Assembly: GCF_044704955.1 (NCBI RefSeq)
Contig: NC_091999.1
Location: 11,098,001-11,162,000, forward strand
Length of the DNA: 64,000 nucleotides
Source: Pristiophorus japonicus
Taxonomy: Eukaryota
Reading direction: 5' to 3'
Position 1 is the first letter of the stretch. Every line of letters begins with the position of its first letter. The notes under the pieces were generated by a model. That model worked only from the letters and a program-made list of their open reading frames with translations, made no database searches and was not told the DNA's origin. Made by a program: the position numbers and the translations under genes. This document shows positions 1-10,235 of this stretch, piece after piece.

Positions 1-279
1 TATTGATATTCTTGTGTTCAGGGTAGTGACCGATTAAGTATAATGTATGATGCAGATGAGCAACACAGTGTTGTGCAACTTGTGAACTTACCAGTTAAGA
101 CAGTTGTAGATGTGATGAACAAATAAAAAGTAACATCCACCATGTTTGTTTGCAGATTTCAACAGAACGGTTTGAAGCTGAAATTGTTTTTCATCAAGAG
201 TAGGGAGAGGTTGACTAACATCCGGCCTCTTTGCTGATTGGACCGTTCTTGACAGAGACAGCAGGTGATATATAATCAA

Positions 280-580
280 CTCACGTGTCCTGTGTTCTTC
301 AATTCATCCAATCATCTTACAGCCCTTTGTTCCCCAAGTCAACCGATCTGCTCACTGTGCTTTGTTCTCCAATTCATCCAATCAGCTCACAGCTCATTTG
401 TTCTGCAAAGTGGACAGCAGGGAAAGGAGTGCAAAAATATTTACAACAGAAAATGCCTGGGGATTAAAGCCAATGTTGGCCCTTTAATAGGCAATTGAGG
501 CCAATGTTTGCCCTTTAACAAGGGATTGAAGCCAAAGTTGATCCTTTAACACATAATTAAAGCCAATGTTGCCCCTTTAA
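280..580. repeat. Degenerate CCAAT-rich tandem repeats (~31-bp units then ~30-bp units)
   Basis: Recurrent ttctccaattcatccaatcagctcac, then gattaaagccaatgttggccctttaa. Homologous arrays at ~25510-26040 and ~46310-46580. Confidence 0.7.
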
Positions 581-828
581 CGGGGTCACTCTGGGCGGTG
601 GAGGCAGTGAAGGGATACATTAACATTGTTCTGGTATCAGTACCGCAGGCTTCATTTAAAAGAGCTGCTCACTCACCATTGAAATCAGCTCACATAGAAT
701 TTTGCAGAGCCTACAGCAGAGAAATTCGTCATTTGGCGAAACTAGTCTGCATACTTTGGTTTAGGTTCCATTGTTAGTTCACAATCCCGGTTACAGATCT
801 AATTTATTGACAGGAGAGTCTATTGCTG

Positions 829-867
829 TTGTTTTGTACGGGGTTACTGCATCCGTGTAACAGTGTG
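829..867 (-). other. 23-RSS of family A psiV
   Basis: Minus strand CACACTG (867-861), 23-nt spacer, ACAAAACAA (837-829). Confidence 0.85.
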
Positions 868-1305
868 GGGCGCAGCGCAGATTTATATACGGCGGAGTCA
901 GAGACTAAAGCCCCGGAGACATTAAATGAAACCGATTTCTTGTCTTAGTCCTAATCATCAGAGATCCAGTCTGGGAGATTTCGAGAATGATCCCGCTGCC
1001 GCTTGCCGTGTCTCTTCAGTAAATATCTCGGAGTTTTCCCGGGATGATGGATATACCAGAAGAGGTAAGTATAGGATTGGGATGTGGAGTAGCTGCAGAA
1101 GAGTATTATGGTCTGTCCTTCCTGAACCGTTAATTCTGACGGATCCTGGGACACTGAATCTTCGCCATTCGTTCCAGTTACAACATGCAGAATGCGTCCA
1201 AAGTCTGGAAGTGAATTTGAACCATGAAAGACACAGTGATCAGTTAATCACAGACTCACCAGGCAGTACGATCATTATTATCAATAAGGAACATGGGGAG
1301 TACAT
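868..1305 (-). pseudogene. TCR alpha/delta V pseudogene, family A
   Basis: Leader 1305-1260 MYSPCSLLIIMIVLP with GTGAGT donor. Acceptor mutated to TG. V exon 1174-868 reads SQDPSELTVQEGQTIILFCSYST..LFWYIHHPGKTPRYLLKR..DD*D*DKK..SDSAVYKSALR, with two stops and YYC changed to YKS. Paralog of the intact V at 46884. Confidence 0.9.
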
Positions 1306-1583
1306 CGTGTCTGGTTTAGATTCCGACAAAAAATAACAGAATGTTCTAAACATGTGCGATATTAAAGATTAAACCCAAATCAGGGCTGGCTCCACTTATT
1401 GACAAACTGAGGGGTGTTTCCCAGGGAAAGGTTTGGCTGGTCTCTCATAACTGTATTCAGCTTTGCACCAATGAGTGTTAGTTGAGCTCAATTGCTGCAT
1501 GATCTCCGTCCCCACGCGGTTCTCGGTCTCCTTCTCTCTGTCTTTTACATGCGTTCTATCTCTGCGGCGCTGTCATTAAGGTG

Positions 1584-4500
1584 CAAGAGTCAAGGATGTC
1601 TCGGAGTGGCTGCAGCGCATTCTGAAGGGGAGCGTGAAGAGTCAGCTGTCGTGGTGCATATAGGTACCAACCAAATAGGTAAAAAACGGGATGAGGTACT
1701 ACAAGCGGAATTTAGAGAGCTAGGAGGTAAATTTAAAAGTCGGACCTCAAAGGTAGAAATATCAGGATCGCTGCCAGTGCCATGTGCTAGTCAGAGTAGA
1801 AATAGCAGGATAGCTCAGATGAAAACGTGGCTTGAGGATTGGTGCAACGGGGAGGGATTCAAATTACTGGGACATTGGAACCAGTTCTGGGGGAGGTGGA
1901 ACCAGTACAAACCGTAATGTCTGCACCTGGGCAGGACCGGAAACGATGTCCTCGGCGGAATGTTTGCTCGTCCTGTTGGGGTGGGGGGGGCGGTTAAACC
2001 AAAATGGCAGGGGGATGGCAATCTATGCAGGGATGCAGAGGGAAGTAAAAAGGGGGCAGAACAAAAGGCAGGAAAGAGAACAATAAGAGTGGAATGCATT
2101 GAAATCAAGGGCAAAAATCAAGAGGGCCACATTAGAACATTATTCTAAAAGCACAAAGAATGTTATAAAAGCAAGCCTGAATGCTCTGAGTTTCAATGCG
2201 AGGAGCATTCGTAGTAAGGTGGATGAATTAACTGCACAGATAGCTTTTGATGGACATGATCTAATTGGGATTATGGAGATATGGCTCCAGGGTAAACAAG
2301 GTATGGAAACTCGACATCCAGGGGTATTCAATATTCAGGATGGATAGACAGGAAGGAAAAGGAGGGGGTGTAGCGTTACTGTTTAATGAGGACATTGACC
2401 CAATAATAAGGAAGGACATTAGCAGGGATGATGTGGAATATATATGGGTAGAGCTGCGAAACACCAAACGGCAGAAAACTTTAGTGGGAGTTGTGTCCAG
2501 AGCACCAAACAGTAGCAGGGAGTTTGGTGACGGCATCAAACATGAAATTAGCGACGCGTGCAATAAGGGTACAGCAGTTATCATGGGTGACTTTCATCTT
2601 GGTGTAACCAAACTGTAGCAATAGTGTGGAGCAGGTGTTCCTGGAGTGCAGAAGGGATGGTTTTCTTGACAAATATGTCGAGGAACCAACTAGAGAGCAG
2701 GCTATCCTAGGCCGGGTCTTGTGTAACGAGAGAGAATTAAATTGCAATCTGATCGTGCGAGGCCCGTTGGGGAAGAGTGAGCATAATATGGTAGAATTCT
2801 TCATTAAGATGGAGATTGACACAGTTAATTTAGAGAGTAGGGTCCTGAACATAAAGAAAGGAAACTTCGAGAGTTTGAGACGTGAATTGGCAAGGATAGA
2901 CTAGTGAATGATACTTAAAGGTTTGAAGTTGGATCGGGAATGGCAGACATTTAAAGATCACATGGATGTACTACAACAATTGAACATCTCTGTGTGGCGT
3001 AAAAAAAAGGGAAGGTGGCTCAACCGTGGCTAACAAGGGAAATCAGGGAACGTGTTAAATCCAAGGAAGAGGCATATAAATTGGCAAGAAAAAGAAGCAA
3101 AAATGTAGAATTCAGCAGAGGAGGGTTTAATTCTGAGGGGAAAAATAGAGTATGAGCGTAAGCTTACAGGGAACATAAAAACTGACTGCAAAAGCTTCTG
3201 TAGATATGTGTAGAGAAAAAGTTTAGTGAAGACTAATGTTGGACACTTGCAGTCAGAATCAGGTGAATTCATAATGAGGAACAAGGAAATGGCAGAAAAA
3301 TTTAACAAATACTTTGGTTTGTCTTTATTAAGGAAGACACGAATAATGCCCCGGAAATACTCGGGACCGAGGATCTAGCGAGAAGGCGGAACTGAGGGAA
3401 ATCCTTATTCGACAGGAAAATGGTGTTAAGGAAATTGAAGGGACTGAAGGTTGATAAAAATCCCCGGGGTCTGATTGTCTACATCCCAGAATACTTAAGG
3501 AAGTGGCCTTAGAAATAGTAGATGCATTGGTGATAATTTTCCAACATTCCATGTATTCTGGATCAGTTCCTATGGATTGGAGGGTAGAAAATGTAACGCC
3601 ACTTTTTTTAAAAAAGACGGAGAGAGAAAACAGGTAATTATAGACCAGTTAGCCTGACATCGGTGGTGGCGAAAATGCTGGAGTCAATTATTAAAATGTA
3701 ATAGCAGCGCATTTGGAAAACAGTGACAGGATCGGTCCAAGTCAGCATGGATTTATGACATGGAAATCATGCTTGAGAATTTTTCTACAGTTTTTTGAGG
3801 ATGTAACTAGTAGAGTGGATAACGGAGAACCAGTAGATGTGGTGTATTTGGACTTTCAAAAGGCTTTTGACAAAGGCCCACACAAGAGAGCAGTGTGCAA
3901 AATTAAGGCACATAGTATTGGGGGTAATGTATTGACGTGGATAGAGATTTGGTTGGCAGACAGGAAGCAAAGAGTGGGAGTAAACGGGTCCTATTCAGAA
4001 TGGCAGGCCGCGCCTAGTGGGGTGCCGCAGGGTTCAGTGCTGGTACCCCAGCTATTTACAACATGCATTAATGATTTAGACGAAGGAATTGAATGTAATA
4101 TCTCCACTTTTGCAGATGACACTTAGCTGGGTGGCGGTGTGAGCTATGAGGAGGACGTTAAGAGGCTGCAGGGTGACTTGGACAGGTTAGGTGAGTGGGC
4201 AAATGCATGGCAGATGCAGTATAATGTGGATTAAATGTGAGATTATCCACTTTGGGGTCAAATATTGGAAGGCAGATTATTATCTGAATGGTGACAGATT
4301 AGTAAAAGGGGAGATGCAACGAGAAATGGGTGTCATGGTACTTCAGTCATTCAAGGTAGTCATGCAGGGACAGCAGGAAGTAAAGAAAGCAAATGGTATG
4401 CTGGCATTCATAGCGAGAGGATTTGGGTATAAGAGAAGGGAGGTCTTACTGCAGTTATACAGGCCCTTGGTGACGCCGCACCTTGAGTATTGTGTGCAGT

Positions 4501-4990
4501 TTTGGTCTCCTAATCTGAGGAAGGACGTGCCTGCTATTGAGGGAGTGCAGCAAAGGTTTACCAGATTGAAGCTGGGATGGCAGGATTAACATATGAGGAA
4601 AGATTGGATCGGCTCGGATTATACTCACTGGAATTTAGAAACATATAAAATTCTGACGGGACTGGACAGGATAGATGCAGGAAGAATGTTCCTGATGCTG
4701 GGGAAGTCCAGAACCACGGCACACAGTCTAAGGATAAGGGGTAAGGCACATAGGACCGAGATGAGGAGAAACTGTTTCATGCAGAGATTTTTGAACCTGT
4801 GGAATTTTCTGCCACAGTAATTTGTTGAGTCCAGTTCGTTGGACATATTCAAAGGGGAGGTAGATGTGACCCTTATCACTATGGGGAGAAGGCTTTCGTG
4901 GGGTGCTGAGGTTGAATGATCACCCATGACCATATTGAATGGCGGGTGTAGGCTCGAAGGAACGAATGGCCTGCTTCTTCACCTATTTTC
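1584..4990 (+). mobile_element. CR1-clade LINE, 5'-truncated and degenerate (SGNH esterase ORF1 part plus APE/RT ORF2)
   Basis: VHIGTN esterase motif, VYLDFQKAFDK, GVPQGSVL, FADDT, PHLEYCVQFWSP. Flanked by TAAGGTG at 1577-1583 and 4991-4997. A single copy of that 7-mer lies at the empty paralogous site 47695-47701. Confidence 0.93.
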
Positions 4991-5234
4991 TAAGGTGAAA
5001 AGTGAAGACATTCCTGCCGTCAATGTGTCCCATTAATAGTTGCAGTCATAAAAAATATAGGTGACACACACATATGAACATTAACAAAAATACGCACAAT
5101 GCTTGACATATTTGGATCTTATTGACGTATATTTACGTGTACTTTGCTTGAGATGCAATCTCTTTACCAATTGATCAGATGCGCACACTTGTGTGAAAAA
5201 CGAGCCTCATGAAGAGCATTGGAAAAAAACACGT

Positions 5235-5530
5235 TACCACAGACACGGCCACAGAAACACTCAAGCACACACACGCAGACACACACAGACACACAGACAA
5301 ACTCATACACACAGACATACACACACACTCAAACACACACAGGCACACATGCACACCAATTCACACACTCAAACACACAACCACATCTCTCTCTCCCACA
5401 CACGCTCAGACACACGGTCACACTCACACACACACACACACACACACACATGCACACTATCACACTCAGAAACGCACTGAAACACAGAAACACAGATAGA
5501 CACATGCTCAAGCACACACAGACACACATA
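5235..5530. repeat. Degenerate (CA)n-rich microsatellite
   Basis: Visible CA runs. Paralogous tract at ~47940-48360. Confidence 0.9.
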
Positions 5531-6249
5531 CCGGAATAAATACAGACGGGCACAAAATGATTGATATCCTGAGGAGGATATTGATGTATCTTCAGTTGGC
5601 AACATTTTCAGATGAATGAGGAACAGACTCGATGAAAACTATTCCAGCATTGGATTCATTACGCCTCATCAATGCGCCAACATTTTTAGCAATCTGTCAG
5701 ACAACTCCTGAAGTTCATATGACAACTGCACCCACTCATCCCTGAGTCACAGGTTGTTTTTCATATCTTGCTTCCCTTCTGGACACAATCAGCACAGCCA
5801 CATTCACTCAGTGCAATCTATTTGCTTCCGTCTTTAACTGATGAGTACAGCACCCTGAACGGATAGAAATATAAACTTCACGTTGTTTGGACAGCATATC
5901 GTTCACTCTTTTAAGATGCAACGGTGTCTCAATTCTCTAAACTGGTGCAATCTATAAGCTGGTGGCAGGAAACGGAAACAGTTACTGTTCTACATGTATC
6001 ATAAGGGGCTCCAATTACAGGAGCTGCTCACTGACCCACTGGTGATATAAAGTTTAATGTAGACAGCCAGTCAGTCCTGGGGTATGCGAACACAACGATA
6101 GGGTAAATTATAAAAACGCCACTTGTTATATGAATGAAATTGGGAATGATTGACACGTTTCAGCAGAATGGGAGGAGACGAGGTGCAGATGGATCAGAGG
6201 AAGGTGTCAGGTGACTATTTATTTATTCTCCCTCCCACTTTACCAGCCC

Positions 6250-6560
6250 CGCTCACAGCTTCCATTTGCTTCTCTCATTCTGACCCAGCATGCAGGCCCT
6301 GAGTTATTGCAGAGATTGCTCCCGCCGTTATTTGTTTCACATTGGTTAGGTCAACAATGCAGTTGAGTGAATATCAGTATTTCTGCTCCGACAGAGAATT
6401 TCCGTGACTGCAGATATCCAGACTCAAGGGTAGCATGTGGAACCGTCTCGCAGCGCTCCTCATCATTATATCACTTCTGAGTAATTTTACATTCCCAGAA
6501 AAAAATCCATCCTCTCCCTGACTATTTTAACCCAGGTGTTATTATTGGTAAATTGATAGC
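6250..6560 (+). pseudogene. Orphan family B V promoter plus leader exon with no V exon
   Basis: ATG at 6435, MWNRLAALLIIISLL, GT donor at 6481. Upstream sequence matches that of the V at 9057. It ends within the intron. Confidence 0.8.
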
Positions 6561-6839
6561 AGTGCTGATTCTGCATGAAACACGTCAACTCTTTTCTCTA
6601 CTTTGCAACATTTTTAGGTTCTGAATTGCAAACACTCGATGGTTTCTCCTTTCCTCGATTGAACATGTATTTTCCGACCTGAATCATGGAGATTGTGTCA
6701 CTCTGACGCTGTCTTCAAGAGTGAAGAAAGAAGCAGAAGTGCAGACTTGTCGTTGGTTTTGTTTCGTCGCCATTTAAAGAATCTCCCTGTGATTCTGACT
6801 GTGGAGGCTGAATTATTGCTTCTGGGTCTCGGTGTGAGA

Positions 6840-6853
6840 GCGCCGTCTGGTGC
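6840..6853 (-). promoter_or_regulatory. CTCF-like motif 3' of RSS
   Basis: Minus strand GCACCAGACGGCGC versus core CCASYAGRKGGCRS, 24 nt beyond the nonamer. Confidence 0.6.
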
Positions 6854-6877
6854 GCAGCAACTGGAACTCTCAGCGTG

Positions 6878-6917
6878 AGTTTTTGTAAGGGTTCCACTAT
6901 AACTCTGCAGCAGTGTG
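6878..6917 (-). other. RSS with 24-bp spacer
   Basis: CACACTG + ctgcagagttatagtggaaccctt (24 nt) + ACAAAAACT. Confidence 0.85.
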
Positions 6918-7420
6918 GGCGCCATGGCACAGAAATACACGGCGGTGTCGGAGATCTGGGCTTTGCCGATCGTGAGCTCGGTAATCTTGGTAGATTTAGT
7001 AAACGTAGAGTAGAATCGATCAGTGATGTCACTGTTCCTGTATACATCCCCTCCGAGAAGACGAAGCATGTACTGTGGAGGCTTCCCGGGGTGCTTACTG
7101 TACCAGTACACATAAGGGGCATTATCGCTTGTTTTGAAGGTGCAGGTCAGCGTGACATTACTTTCCTCTTCAATTGTCATTTCAGGGACCAGCTGTTCCA
7201 CTGTGTCTTGGTGGCTCCATTCTAAAATAAAATAATTGTAATCATCACAATCTTCACCGTCACCATTATCACAATCCCAATCAACATCATCATCAACATC
7301 ATTTTACCAATAAGAACAGCTGAGTAACGTGAGTCCAGGTGAGAATTGATTTTTAATGAGAAGGAAAGACTTACTGAGAAGTAATATAATGATCAAGAGT
7401 GCCGTCAGGTGGTTCCGCAT
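6918..7420 (-). CDS. TCR alpha/delta V segment, family B, apparently intact (leader 7420-7375, V exon 7221-6918)
   Basis: MRNHLTALLIIILLL|KWSHQDTVEQLVPEMTIEEESNVTLTCTFKTSDNAPYVYWYSKHPGKPPQYMLRLLGGDVYRNSDITDRFYSTFTKSTKITELTIGKAQISDTAVYFCAMAP. GT/AG intact. Both Cys and the Trp are present. Confidence 0.9.
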
Positions 7421-7675
7421 GATGCTCCCTCAATCTGCAGTCCGGGAAATCCTCTGTGGGAGCGGAATTGCAGATCCCCACGCTATGGCAATGCTGATCA
7501 CTCCAATGCAAACAGGGAGCAGCGGCAGCAATCTCTCCAATAACACAGGGCTAGCAAGGCGTGCCAGAGCGAGAGCGGCAAATGGAAGCTGTGGGTGGGG
7601 CTGCTGTAGGCAGTGTTACTGCAAGATTTGTCTCGAGAATTTCCGGGTGATTATGGTGAGAAACATGTGACCACG

Positions 7676-7689
7676 GCGCCCTCTGACGG
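7676..7689 (-). promoter_or_regulatory. CTCF-like motif about 260 nt upstream of V leader
   Basis: Minus strand CCGTCAGAGGGCGC. Conserved at 30592-30605 and 56136-56149. Confidence 0.55.
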
Positions 7690-8146
7690 TGACACTGGCG
7701 ACTTCACAAAGTCAGGATAATGGGCAGAGAAAAGTGTGAGTTCATCGATGGGGTGGTTTCCAGTGGCCTATTATTTGGAGAGTATTATTTCAGACAATTC
7801 AACTGTATAAATCAGCGGAAGTGAAATGTGAGTGAATGTAAAGGAAAGAACATGTTTTTCCTATTAGCGTTGTCCTTCTCTCATTATTTATCACCTTCTT
7901 TCATTTCTTTTTCCCCCTTTTCCCATTTGCTGTGCTCTACACTCTCACTATTGCATGGCTTTCTCTCTTTGTCGTTCACATTCTTTCTTTCATACTTCAC
8001 TTTCCTTTCCTCTAGCTATGTTTCAAACTCTGTTCATTTCTCACATTTCTTTCAATCTTTCTCTTCTCCAATTCCCAATTGTTCTCTGATTCTATGAGCT
8101 GTTTCGGTGCTGTACATTCCATGTAATTCTTAAATTTTGACGAAAG

Positions 8147-8451
8147 GTGCCCAGAGATTGGCCCAGACTTGCCTGTGAATTCACAGTGGAATTTACTTCT
8201 TTCAGAATCCAGCGCGGGTTCAGCACGAACGACAACATCTGTTGGTACAGCCGACTGGAGAGCGTGGCCCCGAGATACATCCATTTTGGAATCAAAGCAG
8301 AACGTTACCAAATCCGGTTTGAGATCCACACCAACCGGCATCAAAGTCTGAGCACACTTGGCTTCGGCCAGGCAGAGTTTGTGGATACCGGAACCTCTTG
8401 CTGTGCTGCAGGCCTCAGTTTGGGGAAGAGCCCCGCTCTCGTACAGCTTCT
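8147..8451 (+). pseudogene. Divergent V pseudogene (psiVx copy 1) with decayed RSS
   Basis: GFSTNDNICWYSRLESVAPRYIHFGIKAER..RFEIH..LSTL..DTGTSCCAAG, then CTCAGTT + 22 nt + ACAGCTTCT. No first Cys or leader recognised. Confidence 0.75.
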
Positions 8452-9056
8452 TCTCACTGAGCAAAGTCTCAATAGATTGGGTGACAGTCAAATCGGTTCC
8501 GAAAACGACCAGTTCAAATAAGGGCAGTGGTCTATCCGCAATTATATTATTCGATACAAATTAAGATGAAATTCCTTTTGATTTCACATTTCAGCTCATT
8601 AATGTTATACATTTCCAAACAGTTTAGTTCTCTTTCCCATCGATTATTTCAGCACCTGCTTTTAACCCAGTTCACTGTTGAAGATTTCAGAAACTGTTGA
8701 ATAATGTAATTATTTTGAAATTCTTGTCGCCAATCTGCCTGCCCCGAACTTGAAATAAATGTGAAATTAACTCAGCTCTTAATGAGCATAAGGGTTGTAT
8801 AATTTACAAATGAGACATTATTCTGAATTCTGTTCTCGCAGGCGTGTGACAACACTGCCCGCGACAGACATGCCAAAAGCTTCCATTTGCTATTGTCGCT
8901 CTTCCCCGCCTTGCCTGCCCTGTGTAATTTGAGAGATCGCTGTCGCTGCACCCTGCTTCACATTGGTTTGACCAGTAGTGCAGTGGAGTGGGGATCTGTA
9001 TTGCTGCTCCGACAGAGGATTTCAAGCAGTGCAGAGTTACAGACTCATGGAGCATC

Positions 9057-9513
9057 ATGTGGAACCGTCTCGCATTGCTCCTCATCATTATATTACTTCT
9101 CAGTAAGTATTTCCTTCGCAAAAATAACGATCCTGACCCTGATGGTATTATTGGTAAAGTGATAATGAAGATGATAAAGATGATGACTATTACTATAATT
9201 TTATTTCCGAATGAAGCCAACAAGACACAGTGGGACAATCTGTTGTCGAAATGATGGTTGAAGAGGAAAGTAATGTCACACTAAACTGTACCTTGAAAAC
9301 CAGCCATCCTAGCCTTTCTGTGTTCTGGTACAGTCAGCAACCCGGGCAGCCCCCACAGTACGTGTTTTACCTTTTTGCAGTGGCAGTAAAACGAAACCCT
9401 GACTTCACTGACCGATTCTCTTCTGCGTTTCATAAAACGATTAAGATTACCGAGCTAACGATCAGCAAGGCCTTGATCTCAGACACCGCCGTGTATTTCT
9501 GTGCCACGAGCCC
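9057..9513 (+). pseudogene. TCR alpha/delta V, family B, probable pseudogene (V core open)
   Basis: Leader 9057-9102 intact. Acceptor AG changed to CG (9208-9209) and in-frame TGA at 9212-9214. The rest is open: CTLKTS..VFWYSQQPGQPPQY..SDTAVYFCATSP. Confidence 0.85.
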
Positions 9514-9553
9514 CACACTGGTGCAGAGATCTAGCGGACCCCGTGCAAAATCC
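9514..9553 (+). other. RSS with 24-bp spacer
   Basis: CACACTG + 24 nt + GCAAAATCC, followed immediately by CACAGTG (9554-9560). Confidence 0.8.
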
Positions 9554-9577
9554 CACAGTGGGAGTTCCAATCAGTGC

Positions 9578-9591
9578 TCACCAGAGGGCGC
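9578..9591 (+). promoter_or_regulatory. CTCF-like motif 3' of RSS
   Basis: TCACCAGAGGGCGC, 24 nt beyond the nonamer. Confidence 0.7.
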
Positions 9592-9884
9592 TCTCACACT
9601 GACAAACAAAAGCGATAATTCAGCCTCCACAGTGAGATTCACAGGGACTTTCTTAAAAGTTCAATTGAACACAATCCTTAACAAGAACCGGTGACGTTCA
9701 CCGGTGGAATTATATTAGCTGGTGATTTTAAAGCATATTTAAAATAGAAATACACTGCGCAAAGGCATCAATGCCCTTTCCGTGCATGCCTGTCCCATCT
9801 TACCCCTTGTCTCCAGTTTTTATCCATAATTATTTGATATCTCTTCTTCCTTCTTTTAGTTTAACGATGTAAAACCTTTGCTTC

Positions 9885-10235
9885 AGCTCATCTCTCTGTT
9901 TCTCACGCTGTGGTACTTTCTCTGTCACTCTATTTCACTATCTACCTTGTTCACTATCTCTGTGTCTCTCGTCTCCATCTGATTCTCACTTTATGTATCT
10001 CATTGGCTCCTTGTCTGTTTCTGCCTATCTCCCGCTCTGTCTGTCTCTCTATCTCTCACTGTGTCCCTATTTCTGTATCTCTTTCTCGCTTTCTCTCTCT
10101 CCGTTCTTTGCTCTGTCTCTCTCTCTGTCTCAACCTCGCATTGTTTCACTCTCTCATTATCTTTCACTCTCTTCCCCTCTGTTTATTTCTATTTGTTTCT
10201 CTATCTACATCTCTCCATCAGTCTCTCCCTAAATA
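9885..10235. repeat. Degenerate (CT)n-rich low-complexity tract
   Basis: Pyrimidine-rich CT runs. Paralog at ~32710-33090. Confidence 0.8.

Noticed and set aside
5193-5605. His/Thr- and Cys/Val-rich ORFs (also 20818-21436 and 47807-48376)
   Set aside because: Translations of CA/TG microsatellites.
7199-7205. CACAGTG in FR1 of family B V genes (also 9226 and 32130)
   Set aside because: Explained by D-T-V codons. No nonamer at 12 or 23 nt, and it is lost in other copies.
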